This document shows positions 1 to 9,308 of a stretch of DNA of 64,000 nucleotides, in pieces; the first letter of the stretch is position 1, and the number at the start of each line of letters is the position of its first letter. The stretch is from a phage. The stretch lies in assembly GCA_014435945.1 (NCBI GenBank), contig GCA_014435945.1_4088.1; one strand, 5' to 3'. The position numbers and the translations under genes are program-made. The notes under the pieces were generated by a model. It did no database searches. It was given only the letters and a program-made list of their open reading frames with translations, and was not told the DNA's origin.

Positions 1-80
1 AAAAAAAAACAATTTGACTTAAGTTAAATCTTCCTATAATATTATTTATGTAATCAACAATCAACTAAGAGGGTTAACCA

Positions 81-689
81 GTGGTACGATTATGTAAAGA
101 AATCATCCAATCTATTATTATTATTTTCTTAATTAACTTTCCTGCAAGTGCAGGTGTTGAAAGAAAAAGTATCATTAGATATGATGAATCTAAACAGACA
201 GTTCAGTTCATTTCAACTTTAACTGAAAATTCTGTAAACCGTTTGATGGTTTTTAGAGAAACACACCCATTTGACACTATCATCATTACGTCACCGGGTG
301 GTGATTTTGATGCGGGAGTGGCACTAGGAAATTTTGTCAATGATAACAATTTAACAATTATTGTTGAAAGATATTGTAATTCTTCTTGCACTATCGCATT
401 CTTTAGTGCTAATATAGAAAACAGATACATGATGAAGGACTCAATTCTAGGTCTACATAATGTGTCAATCGAAAGTAAAGCACGAAATAGTGATGACACA
501 TACATAACAGTTCGCCAAATGACTATTTTTGCTGAACAGCTATCAACTAAGGTTGGTGTTCTATTTGCGTTATATGCAGCGAATGGTATTCCTCCAGAAT
601 TGTTAGTGGAGGTTAGTAAGGTTCGTGGTAATGAAGTTGTGAGACTTACACCAGATCAGTTGCTCGAATTAGGTAGTATCATTCATTAG
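81..689 (+). CDS. secreted ClpP/crotonase-fold protease-like protein
   Basis: GTG start 8 nt after AAGAGGG; hydrophobic N-terminal signal-like segment; TSPGGDFD motif reminiscent of ClpP-family peptidases. Confidence 0.35.
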   Translation: MVRLCKEIIQSIIIIFLINFPASAGVERKSIIRYDESKQTVQFISTLTENSVNRLMVFRETHPFDTIIITSPGGDFDAGVALGNFVNDNNLTIIVERYCNSSCTIAFFSANIENRYMMKDSILGLHNVSIESKARNSDDTYITVRQMTIFAEQLSTKVGVLFALYAANGIPPELLVEVSKVRGNEVVRLTPDQLLELGSIIH

Positions 690-781
690 TATTAGATACA
701 AAATAATAATATTATAATAAGAGGATGATAAAGTGGTACATCCTTTGTTATAAGTTCACATACACTAGGAGTGTATAAACT

Positions 782-1042
782 ATGACAAATTTACAAAACT
801 TAACATCTCTTGTTTTTTATGCAACAACTATTGTATATTGCATTACATTAGTTTTAACATGTTTCATCTATAAAGACTACAAACGTGGTTTTATGGATTC
901 CAGTACACACAAATTTGCATCCAAGTTCGAAGCAGGAATTTACTATGTTCTATCAATTTCTTATGGAGCATGTTTACTTACACTAGGGTTGCTGATATAC
1001 TGGTTGTATACGGCACTTTTTGCACAAGGAGTTATTTCATGA
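782..1042 (+). CDS. small membrane protein (hypothetical)
   Basis: ATG ORF with two long hydrophobic segments. Confidence 0.4.
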   Translation: MTNLQNLTSLVFYATTIVYCITLVLTCFIYKDYKRGFMDSSTHKFASKFEAGIYYVLSISYGACLLTLGLLIYWLYTALFAQGVIS

Positions 1043-1632
1043 CTTGTATTATCGCTCACACAAATGGCACATCTTCCTTCATCGCTGGTGATAAATTAGG
1101 AAGCAATGGTTTCACTAAAGCAGTTCAAACTGAGCCTAAAGTGTTTGAGAAAGAGTTCATTAAACTCAATGAGGATGGTCTTACTCGCACTAAAGAAGTA
1201 ATGGCGTTAGGGTATACTACATCGTTCCGCATGGGTCAGTTGTTGAATTACAACCTAACTCTACCAGAACAAGTTGCAGGGGAAACCTTTTCACAGTATC
1301 TAGTACTGAAAGTTATTCCTATCATTCGTCAAATGTTTAAAGATGAATGGGGTGCTCGTGATGCATCACAAGATGTTGGTGGTGGTCAGTTCATTATTCT
1401 TCATAATCATACGATTTATGAAGTTCAAGAAGACTTTTCAGTACTGCAACCTAAAACACAAATTACTGCTGTCGGAAGTGGGACTTATCATGCAATTGCA
1501 TCCATGTCAGCGTATATTGAAGTTCAAGAAGAAACCAATGTTCAGTTACATGAACGTGTTGAGTCTATTTTCAAAATTGTTAGTGATAATGTAACAAGTG
1601 TTAGTCCAGAGTTTGATATTTTGAAATACTGA
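1039..1632 (+). CDS. HslV/proteasome-beta-like Ntn-hydrolase peptidase
   Basis: ATG 8 nt after AAGGAG; N-terminus MTCIIAHTNG..FIAGD parallels HslV MTTIVSVRRNG..VIAGD (Thr at position 2); internal AVGSG motif. Confidence 0.45.
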   Translation: MTCIIAHTNGTSSFIAGDKLGSNGFTKAVQTEPKVFEKEFIKLNEDGLTRTKEVMALGYTTSFRMGQLLNYNLTLPEQVAGETFSQYLVLKVIPIIRQMFKDEWGARDASQDVGGGQFIILHNHTIYEVQEDFSVLQPKTQITAVGSGTYHAIASMSAYIEVQEETNVQLHERVESIFKIVSDNVTSVSPEFDILKY

Positions 1633-1663
1633 GAATAATAATTATAAAGAGAGAGTGTATCTG

Positions 1664-1855
1664 ATGGCATACATAATTTACGAGTGGATTTTTTGTTTCA
1701 TAGTTGTGTTTATTTGTGTGGTGTTATACAATCACACTAAATGTTTATACCGAGAATTCAGGAATGGTAATAAACATGGACACAATAAGTGGATGTATGT
1801 CTATCATATTGCTATCATTGTATTTTTAGTATTAAACTTGATACTTTTTATATAA
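1664..1855 (+). CDS. small membrane protein (hypothetical)
   Basis: ATG after AAAGAGAGAG; hydrophobic helices; ORF track gave GTG at 1655. Confidence 0.35.
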   Translation: MAYIIYEWIFCFIVVFICVVLYNHTKCLYREFRNGNKHGHNKWMYVYHIAIIVFLVLNLILFI

Positions 1856-1864
1856 GGAGTAAAT

Positions 1865-2617
1865 GTGATATCAGATAAATTTATACAAAATGCTGGGAAC
1901 AAAAGATTACTTATAATTTCAGGGGCAGGTCTTTCAGTTGAGAGCGGGATGGAACCATTCCGCTTTGATGATGGGTTGTGGGACAATTTCAAAATTAATG
2001 ATGTTTGTAACATTGCACGACTTAGTTCTAAGTATCATGTAGTTCATTCATTTTATAATACATTGCGTGTAAAATTAGGTGAATGTCATCCTAATGAAAT
2101 GCATTACTTTATTAAATCATTAGAAGATTTGTATGGTGATTGTTTTTTACACATGACTTCTAATATGGATGATCTATATACTAGAATTGGTGGAACCGAA
2201 CTCAAACTACACGGAAATTTATGTGAAGTAATTGAGAACTTTTCTATTAATACTGATGATTACAATGTCATTAATTGTGGTTATGAACCATATATTCCTA
2301 AAGCTGATGTTTTTGCAAAACCAAATGTAGTGATGATTGGTGAGTATCATCGCTACGTTGATGGGGTACGTCTCCCCATTTATGAAGAACGAAATGAAGT
2401 GTTGAAAAGTCTCACAGAAAATGATACAGTTGTAGTTATTGGAAGTAGTGATACAGTACTGGTATGGTCCAGACTAGCTGGTGCACTTCCATGCTATAGT
2501 GTAAATGTTAACATCCGAAAAAATGATAATGATTTTCTTTTTAATGAGAAGGTCATCAAACCTGCGACGAAAGCAATTCCACAGGTTGAAACTATAATTA
2601 AGGAACGAATGCGATGA
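1865..2617 (+). CDS. Sir2-family NAD-dependent deacylase/ADP-ribosyltransferase-like protein
   Basis: Sirtuin motifs GAGLSVESG, HPNEMH, NMDDL..LHG, VVMIGE, VIGSSDTV; GTG start 6 nt after AAGGAG. Confidence 0.7.
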   Translation: MISDKFIQNAGNKRLLIISGAGLSVESGMEPFRFDDGLWDNFKINDVCNIARLSSKYHVVHSFYNTLRVKLGECHPNEMHYFIKSLEDLYGDCFLHMTSNMDDLYTRIGGTELKLHGNLCEVIENFSINTDDYNVINCGYEPYIPKADVFAKPNVVMIGEYHRYVDGVRLPIYEERNEVLKSLTENDTVVVIGSSDTVLVWSRLAGALPCYSVNVNIRKNDNDFLFNEKVIKPATKAIPQVETIIKERMR

Positions 2618-3165
2618 GTAAAGCGGAAGTACCACTGGGGCAAATGGGGAAACGTGCAAATTTTGTATTCTGTTTCTTTTATGCAAAAGAATGTACCCCA
2701 TACGCTGGTTATGAACTAAATGATATCCCAGTGGTTAACTTAGTACTCCTACAAGTGCGTTGGGATGGATTGTTGGGTGCATGTGGTGGAACAGTTGAAA
2801 GTACTGATAAGTCATTAGAAGATGCGTTACAGCGTGAAGTTCAAGAAGAAATGAACTATATCATTGACAAAAGTCGCCTGTCTCCATTAAAATCACTTGA
2901 ATTGTTTCCAGAGGGTCACTCACATAGCTATAGTTATGAAATGACTTATGCTGAACTTAAAAAACTTCGTGATAATTATGCATATGGCAAACATGCTAGT
3001 GCAGAGGTGGCTGGTGTAAATTTATGTCACATCTCTCGTTATTCGAAGGGACAAAATCGAGAAGCAGGATATAATAATCTTATGACACAGAACTTCATCG
3101 GAACTGCGAAACAAGAATTAGAGTATCTTGTACAAAAAGAAAACTTACTAATCAGCTATCTATAG
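2614..3165 (+). CDS. Nudix hydrolase
   Basis: Nudix box GGTVESTDKSLEDALQREVQEEMNY (one-residue insertion relative to consensus); start overlaps upstream stop (ATGA). Confidence 0.6.
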   Translation: MSKAEVPLGQMGKRANFVFCFFYAKECTPYAGYELNDIPVVNLVLLQVRWDGLLGACGGTVESTDKSLEDALQREVQEEMNYIIDKSRLSPLKSLELFPEGHSHSYSYEMTYAELKKLRDNYAYGKHASAEVAGVNLCHISRYSKGQNREAGYNNLMTQNFIGTAKQELEYLVQKENLLISYL

Positions 3166-3174
3166 GAGTTTAAA

Positions 3175-3495
3175 ATGTCGTACTCAATGTTCTTGGATGA
3201 TATTCGTGATTATCAAAAATATTATCCTGACCAAGAGATGGTATTGTGTCGTGACTACGAAAGTGCATGTGAATACGTAATCAAAAATGGAATTCCAGCA
3301 TTTGTCTCATTTGACCATGACTTGGGTGACTTGAGTACAGATGAGAAAACGGGATACACTTTTGCCAAATTTCTAATTGATTATATGTTTGAGCATAATA
3401 TTAAAGAACCATTTAAATACTATGTACATAGTAGTAATCCAGTAGGGAAAGTTAATATTGAAACTTACTTAACTAATGGATTTAATGCACTATGA
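3175..3495 (+). CDS. hypothetical protein (possible receiver-like fold)
   Basis: ATG after GGAG; LDDIRD ... FDHDLG pattern loosely reminiscent of a receiver domain; no firm assignment. Confidence 0.45.
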   Translation: MSYSMFLDDIRDYQKYYPDQEMVLCRDYESACEYVIKNGIPAFVSFDHDLGDLSTDEKTGYTFAKFLIDYMFEHNIKEPFKYYVHSSNPVGKVNIETYLTNGFNAL

Positions 3496-3794
3496 TTTCA
3501 ACACATATCAAGAGTCTTATTTGCACAACACTGTTAGGTATAGGTGTTCTATGGTTCAGTTCATATCATGAGAACACTAAACGTTACAATATTCATTACA
3601 ATACAGCGACTGTAACAGGATTAGGTCAATGTAATGAAAATAAATGCTCATTTACTTATAAAACCAGTACTGGTGAAGTTCGTAATGGGTTATCAAGAGA
3701 TCCAGTATCAATTGGTCAACTAGTTTACCAGGAATGCTGGGAGGAAAAGGCTCGTGGTTCAAGATGTTATGTTGAATACGAACCGAGCATGTAA
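3492..3794 (+). CDS. hypothetical protein with N-terminal hydrophobic segment
   Basis: Start overlaps upstream stop; N-terminal TM/signal-like stretch; several Cys. Confidence 0.45.
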   Translation: MISTHIKSLICTTLLGIGVLWFSSYHENTKRYNIHYNTATVTGLGQCNENKCSFTYKTSTGEVRNGLSRDPVSIGQLVYQECWEEKARGSRCYVEYEPSM

Positions 3795-3855
3795 TATTCC
3801 GAGTCACTAACCATTAGTCGAGTACAAGGATGTACTCATAACTCAAGGATGTTTT

Positions 3856-5295
3856 ATGAAAAAATATACAATTGACACAAACGTACTACTATCTGATCCA
3901 AATGCTACCATTGCTTTTGATGGAGCAGCTATCATTCTACCGTTCACAGTACTTGAAGAATTGGATTCAATCAAAAGTCGTAATGTGGATGTTTCCCGTG
4001 ATGCTCGTGTTGCAATCCGTAACATTGAAGCTATCCTTTCTGATGCATCACATGAAGAAATTAGTAGTACTGGTGTTAATATTGCTGATGTTCATACTAA
4101 TATGAGTCCTGAAAGCAAATTGTTTGTTATTACAAGCGAAGAAGCTGAAGCACTAATTCGTACTGCTGGTAACGAAGAGAAAGTTCAAACTCTTCTAAAA
4201 AGCACAGTACCAGATGATAAAATCATTTTAGTAGCATTAGCAACTGATTCAGTACTGGTTACCCGTGATATCAATATGCGTATCAAGGCTCTAAGCTACG
4301 GGGTGGAAGTTCAAGATTACCGTCATGATATCGTGATTGGTGATAGTGATTTGATTCACATTGGTCAACATCACCTTGACCTACATTTCTGGGATGTGTA
4401 TAGTAATCTGACTGATGTATCTATTCAGTCTGAACAAGTTGGTCGTCGTTTGTACCACTACATTCCAAAAAGCTTGATTGAACATATCATGCCACAAAAT
4501 ATTTGCATCGGTGATTACCTATATGATAATGCTGATGTTCTATTTGTGTACGAAGGTCAATCTGCAATTGAAGAAGATGATGGTACTTTAACACCAGAAG
4601 ATATTCTTGTATTCCAAGATATTGGACAATCCGTTGCTCTACGTGCTAAAGTGTGGGATATTAAGGCTAAGAATATTCAACAAGCACTAGCAATCAACAG
4701 TATCCTAGATCCTGATGTTCATCTAACAGTACTGTTAGGTTCAGCAGGTACTGGTAAAACACTAATCACCATTGCAACTGCACTAGAGTTAGTTCTAGAG
4801 AAGAAAAAATACGACCGTATCATCTTCTCCAAAACACAAGATTCCCAATTCGAAGACATTGGTTTCTTGCCTGGTTCTGAAGCAGAGAAAGTGATTCCTT
4901 TCTGTGGTGCGGCAATCGATGCGTTGGAATTCCTACACAAAGATGATGCTAACCCACAAGGCAGTATCGAAGAAATCATGAAACGCAATGTTATCCAATT
5001 CAAAGCACTAAACTTCGTTCGTGGTCGTTCTTTCACAAATACTATCCTAGTAGTTGATGAATTCCAGAACATCACACCTGCTCAGGCAAAAACAATCTTG
5101 ACTCGTGCAGGGATGAACTGTAAAGTGGTTATTATGGGCAACTTGAGCCAGATTGACTCTAAATTCATTAGTCCAGTAAACAGCGGCCTAACTTATGTTA
5201 CCGAGAAGTTCAAGAACTGGGACGGCTGTCGTGTAATCGAACTAGAAGGTGTCGTTCGTTCACCACTAGCAGAATTTGCAGAAGAAAATATGTAA
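3856..5295 (+). CDS. phoH: PhoH-like ATPase with N-terminal PIN domain
   Basis: N-terminal PIN-like IDTNVLL; C-terminal Walker A LLGSAGTGKT and Walker B ILVVDEFQN typical of PhoH. Confidence 0.85.
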   Translation: MKKYTIDTNVLLSDPNATIAFDGAAIILPFTVLEELDSIKSRNVDVSRDARVAIRNIEAILSDASHEEISSTGVNIADVHTNMSPESKLFVITSEEAEALIRTAGNEEKVQTLLKSTVPDDKIILVALATDSVLVTRDINMRIKALSYGVEVQDYRHDIVIGDSDLIHIGQHHLDLHFWDVYSNLTDVSIQSEQVGRRLYHYIPKSLIEHIMPQNICIGDYLYDNADVLFVYEGQSAIEEDDGTLTPEDILVFQDIGQSVALRAKVWDIKAKNIQQALAINSILDPDVHLTVLLGSAGTGKTLITIATALELVLEKKKYDRIIFSKTQDSQFEDIGFLPGSEAEKVIPFCGAAIDALEFLHKDDANPQGSIEEIMKRNVIQFKALNFVRGRSFTNTILVVDEFQNITPAQAKTILTRAGMNCKVVIMGNLSQIDSKFISPVNSGLTYVTEKFKNWDGCRVIELEGVVRSPLAEFAEENM

Positions 5296-5361
5296 TAATG
5301 TGTGGGACATTCGTCCCATACATGATATAATAATATTGTTAACAACAAAGGAGAAATACTC

Positions 5362-5559
5362 ATGGCAAAGCAACCTAAGAAAAAAGAACCAGTAGCAAAA
5401 GTTAAGAAAGTTAAAGTTATTCAATCTAAAGAACAACGTAATTACGAACTACGTAAAGCAGAAACCCTATCAGGTCTTCAAGCTCTACGTAAACAAGGTG
5501 TTCTAACTCGTGCTCAATACCGTGAGATAGTAGCACAAAAAGGTTATTGGTCCATTTGA
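5362..5559 (+). CDS. small basic protein (hypothetical)
   Basis: ATG after AAAGGAG; Lys/Arg-rich 65-aa ORF followed by a terminator. Confidence 0.45.
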   Translation: MAKQPKKKEPVAKVKKVKVIQSKEQRNYELRKAETLSGLQALRKQGVLTRAQYREIVAQKGYWSI

Positions 5560-5653
5560 AGCAATAAACTGGAGTTCATGATAAATACTTTCATAAGAAT
5601 AATAATACTTTTTATTAATTTAAAAAGAACTCCATGTGTTATTTCAGTTTTTC

Positions 5654-5681
5654 ATCCCTGTCTTTTGGCAGGGATTTTTTC
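5654..5681 (+). terminator. intrinsic terminator
   Basis: ATCCCTG-tcttttgg-CAGGGAT hairpin followed by TTTTTT. Confidence 0.7.
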
Positions 5682-5775
5682 TTTCTAGATATTGACAAAA
5701 GGATTAAACCATGAGAACATGTAGTAAAGGAAGAATGACATTCCATTAGGTTAGTTTAACTTAAAGGAGAAATAT

Positions 5776-6333
5776 ATGTTTTTTGACCAAACATTTACGT
5801 TGTACCATGATTCAGGTAAAGTTGAGATTATTGATAATCTGTTAGAGTACATTGCGGAACATGACGGTATAGACCGTTTCCACAGTAAGATGAAATTCGA
5901 TTTAGCTGAATTCAACAAAAAGAATCGTGAAACATTTTGGAAGAACCGTTTCTATTACGAAATGTATCCAGAAAAGTTCGTAGGTTATTATCTTTGTACT
6001 GAAAAAGGATTACTTGTATCTCCTGATTTACTTATGGGTGAATACATGATACTCTATAATGAGTACTGGGAACATAAGCGTAATGCTCGTGACACTGAAT
6101 GGCGACACAAGCGTTCGTATATGTACAAACATAACCACTCCAGATACAAACGTCCTAAGACCCAACAAGAGCGTCGTATGGCTTGTGCAGTACTGAAGGA
6201 TGAGGGGGAACCTGAAATACGTGGAAGACGTAAGATGCGTTCATTGCCATCGTATTGGGATGATATCAGAACAAGACACAGTACTGGCTGGAAATACAGT
6301 ACAAAACGTAAACATCAATACAAAGGGAGCTAA
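5776..6333 (+). CDS. hypothetical protein
   Basis: ATG after AAAGGAG; 185-aa ORF with basic C-terminus. Confidence 0.5.
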   Translation: MFFDQTFTLYHDSGKVEIIDNLLEYIAEHDGIDRFHSKMKFDLAEFNKKNRETFWKNRFYYEMYPEKFVGYYLCTEKGLLVSPDLLMGEYMILYNEYWEHKRNARDTEWRHKRSYMYKHNHSRYKRPKTQQERRMACAVLKDEGEPEIRGRRKMRSLPSYWDDIRTRHSTGWKYSTKRKHQYKGS

Positions 6334-6360
6334 TGCTCCCTAATTTTATAGGTGAACTTT

Positions 6361-6690
6361 ATGAACAAAATTGACGTTACTGTAGTGATTGGTTATATTG
6401 AAATTGAACCGTGTGGCATTGATACCTTTATTGACACTCTTAATAAGTATCGTGCTGAATATGACGGTCACATTAGTCTTTCACCAGACAGTGGTTACGG
6501 CGGTTTTCATGGATACAATGTAATTTGGACCAGAGAAGAAACTGACGAAGAATATAATACACGAATTGAAGCTGAATCTAAAAGACGTGAAGAAATTGAA
6601 CGTCAAGAAATGAAACACTTAATGAACAAGAAATCATTAAGTACCGAAGAGAAATCTAAACTTTTAAAATACATCAAGGATTACATGTAA
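6361..6690 (+). CDS. hypothetical protein
   Basis: ATG chosen in frame with the ORF-track GTG at 6352; charged C-terminal helix. Confidence 0.45.
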   Translation: MNKIDVTVVIGYIEIEPCGIDTFIDTLNKYRAEYDGHISLSPDSGYGGFHGYNVIWTREETDEEYNTRIEAESKRREEIERQEMKHLMNKKSLSTEEKSKLLKYIKDYM

Positions 6691-7337
6691 TGAAAAATGT
6701 ATCACAAGAAAAGATTCTGTACCTTGCAAAGTACAATGGTGGATTTAATATTACCAGTTGTGAATATCATGGTAACATGGCTAAAATGATTGACGAGCTA
6801 CTAGAAGGTAAAATGCTCCGTTGGGAGACAAATGACCTTTGGTACGAATATGCGGGTCAACAATGGGAAAGTGACTACGATAATGCAATTCATACGTATA
6901 CAATTACTAAAAGTGGTGAAGTACGTTTGGCTATCATGCGTTGTGCTTACACTTACAAAAATTTCAAAGATGAAGAAAAGCATATTCGCCGAAATGAAGA
7001 GTTAGTACACCTAATGGGTGAAGCTGGCATTACAATGCATGACTTGTTCAATGATCCAAGATGGACTGGAAAACTGTCCAAAGCAGAATACAAAGCATTA
7101 CGATACATCCAAGAACCAGAAATCAACAAACCTAAAGAATGTATTGATGATGGTGAACTAAGCCTCAAAAATGTATTTGAAAGTACCAGTACTGAAAGTA
7201 TTACAGACATTTCTGTACAGATGGCACTAAAAGCAATGGAACTTTTCAAGACACAATATGAAGGACACAGTGCTGAAGAAGTAGAGCGTGAGTTCATTAC
7301 GCGAGTACAAATTGCATTACATAAATCAAAAAAGTAG
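6690..7337 (+). CDS. hypothetical protein
   Basis: ATG overlapping upstream stop; 215-aa ORF. Confidence 0.5.
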   Translation: MKNVSQEKILYLAKYNGGFNITSCEYHGNMAKMIDELLEGKMLRWETNDLWYEYAGQQWESDYDNAIHTYTITKSGEVRLAIMRCAYTYKNFKDEEKHIRRNEELVHLMGEAGITMHDLFNDPRWTGKLSKAEYKALRYIQEPEINKPKECIDDGELSLKNVFESTSTESITDISVQMALKAMELFKTQYEGHSAEEVEREFITRVQIALHKSKK

Positions 7338-7343
7338 GTTCAT

Positions 7344-7523
7344 ATGAAAATTTTACTTGTACTAATCGCCGTTCTTATGGTATTATCTTGTTCAGTTAGT
7401 AATGGTTCATACATTTACGTATCAGTATTTGAAGAAGCACCAACGAACTGTGTATTAACTCACACTGGTATTGTGTTAGTTAATGGTAAACCATCAATCG
7501 AGTACTTATGTATAGGTGATTAA
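7344..7523 (+). CDS. small putative lipoprotein
   Basis: 59-aa ORF (below ORF-track cutoff); signal peptide with lipobox-like VLSC. Confidence 0.35.
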   Translation: MKILLVLIAVLMVLSCSVSNGSYIYVSVFEEAPTNCVLTHTGIVLVNGKPSIEYLCIGD

Positions 7524-7526
7524 ATT

Positions 7527-7760
7527 ATGAAATTTATTTCTATTGCAATTGTTTCAGCACTCATGATGTTAGTAACAGGCTGTGCACCTAAAGTTCAGGA
7601 GGCTGATGCAGAGTTCATTCGCCAGAATTTGACTAAACTTAACTACGATGGCACATTGTATGCTTGCCATGAGATGCGTCATGGGCAAGATCTTAATCTC
7701 ATGTGCAGGAAGATTGTGAATCGCAAACGTCTTAATACTGTTCCGAAGGATGCACAATGA
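7527..7760 (+). CDS. small putative lipoprotein
   Basis: Signal peptide with lipobox LVTGC. Confidence 0.45.
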   Translation: MKFISIAIVSALMMLVTGCAPKVQEADAEFIRQNLTKLNYDGTLYACHEMRHGQDLNLMCRKIVNRKRLNTVPKDAQ

Positions 7761-7927
7761 AAGAAGTAATTGGTTACAAATGTAAAAATTGTGGCAAAGA
7801 TAAGGGTAAGCATTCAGTACAAGGGATGGCTTGTCCAAATCCAGGACGTGGTAATTTCAGAGGGTTCAGTACTGAAAAGTCTTACGAACCGGATCATACC
7901 AAACCTGTAATGGGTTATAAATTATGA
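7757..7927 (+). CDS. small zinc-ribbon-like protein (hypothetical)
   Basis: 56-aa ORF, start overlapping upstream stop; CKNCG ... CPNPG cysteine pairs. Confidence 0.3.
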   Translation: MKEVIGYKCKNCGKDKGKHSVQGMACPNPGRGNFRGFSTEKSYEPDHTKPVMGYKL

Positions 7928-8283
7928 GTGATTATGTGGCATTTCTTCATCGCTTTGGTGAAGCTCAAGAAAAACACATTATCCGTATGCCAGCTTATGG
8001 TGAAGAAGACTGGTACAAAAGTACTATCAGTGTAGGTGCATTTCGTGACCGTGAAGCTGAATTCTTTCTGGGTAAGCAACATGAACGAGAGGTACTTTGC
8101 TCACTTTGGCGTTTAGATGAATGGGATAGTGAAAATTCCAGAACGGCTGAATCAATGATGGCTATTGTTGGTATTGCGAACTATCAGCACCCATATGATC
8201 TATTACCTACATTTGAACATGCTTCTTTGTTTGACTTTTACAAAGCAGTAGGGTATGATTATAAAAAGAAACGTTACATTTAA
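7924..8283 (+). CDS. hypothetical protein
   Basis: ATG overlapping upstream stop; 119-aa ORF. Confidence 0.5.
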   Translation: MSDYVAFLHRFGEAQEKHIIRMPAYGEEDWYKSTISVGAFRDREAEFFLGKQHEREVLCSLWRLDEWDSENSRTAESMMAIVGIANYQHPYDLLPTFEHASLFDFYKAVGYDYKKKRYI

Positions 8284-8328
8284 TATCAGTACTGTTATAG
8301 TGGCAGTACTTTTTAATTGGAGATTACT

Positions 8329-8943
8329 ATGACTACATCTGAAAAGTACTGGTGGATTTTGGGCCATCCTAAATTCATCAACGGAGATATGGTTCCCCCA
8401 AGGATTGATATCGAACCACATGATGTGTGTCCAATCACAAACCGCATTGAATCATTTAAAGCTCTGAATACAAAGACACAATTTTGGGTAGAATTCATCT
8501 CACCTATGTACGTTGAGCAAGATGATGAATGGGTACAAGCACATGATTATGAGTTAGATTGCGGTGGTGATACTTATGATGAGGCAATTGATGAACTATA
8601 CAAAAATGTGCTAAACACTTATGGTGATTACACCCAACAAGAAGCAGACGATACGTTTAATAAGATCCATGCAGTCATTTCTACATCATCAATTTACAAT
8701 ACAGCAAAAACAGTTTGGGAAGAACGTCACGGGTGGAGTTCATCTGTAATTGATGCAGAAGCCAAAGAAACAATTCTCGAAGACATAAAAAATATAAAAA
8801 GTACAATAGAAGCCTTGCGTGAATTTATAAAGTCTTGTACAATAGAACAACAGAAAGAGGCAAAGATGCATTTGGAGAGTGAAGAATGTAAACTTTGGGT
8901 TCTAGAGAAATCATTTGAAAAGGGTATAGACTTAGACTTATGA
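8329..8943 (+). CDS. hypothetical protein
   Basis: ATG 6 nt after GGAG (ORF track gave TTG at 8317). Confidence 0.5.
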   Translation: MTTSEKYWWILGHPKFINGDMVPPRIDIEPHDVCPITNRIESFKALNTKTQFWVEFISPMYVEQDDEWVQAHDYELDCGGDTYDEAIDELYKNVLNTYGDYTQQEADDTFNKIHAVISTSSIYNTAKTVWEERHGWSSSVIDAEAKETILEDIKNIKSTIEALREFIKSCTIEQQKEAKMHLESEECKLWVLEKSFEKGIDLDL

Positions 8944-9308
8944 ATCGTAAACTTGAGAAACTAATTGAAGAATTACGACGGATGCCACCCATCGAGCAAG
9001 TGGGGAGCTACAAACGTTATCGTGTGATTGCTCGTGCACTAGATAAGAAAGGTCGTGTATTGGCAACACGTACTAATTCTTACACACATACTCACCCAGT
9101 ACAGAAAGGTTTTGCAATCCGTGCTGGGCGTCCACAAGGTGAATTTCTTCATGCTGAAATCTCATGTTTGCTGGCTTCTCGTGCTGAAGTTCATACTTTG
9201 TTGATTGCACGGGTAAGTAAAGATGGTATTCCAGTCCCTGCCAAGCCTTGTGAGATTTGTACGTTGGCAATTCTGGAATATGGGGTCAAAGAAATTATTC
9301 ATACATGA
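8940..9308 (+). CDS. CMP/dCMP-type zinc deaminase-fold protein
   Basis: Zinc-binding motifs HAE (LHAEISC) and PCxxC (PCEICTLAI). Confidence 0.55.
   Translation: MNRKLEKLIEELRRMPPIEQVGSYKRYRVIARALDKKGRVLATRTNSYTHTHPVQKGFAIRAGRPQGEFLHAEISCLLASRAEVHTLLIARVSKDGIPVPAKPCEICTLAILEYGVKEIIHT

Noticed and set aside
203-505. Minus-strand ORFs nested antisense inside + strand genes (203-505, 4719-5075, 6953-7297, 9603-9812, 22695-22910, 41342-41800, 46905-47213 and similar)
   Set aside because: All are embedded in longer, motif-supported + strand genes in a region with uniform + strand coding; no SD or promoter context; typical antisense frame artefacts.
3872-4105. Alternative-frame ORFs overlapping phoH, the sheath gene and others (3872-4105, 1343-1594, 40854-41156, 44764-44955, 45154-45348, 28202-28414)
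   Set aside because: Same-strand off-frame ORFs inside genes with strong family motifs; hydrophobic low-complexity translations typical of AT-rich off-frames.
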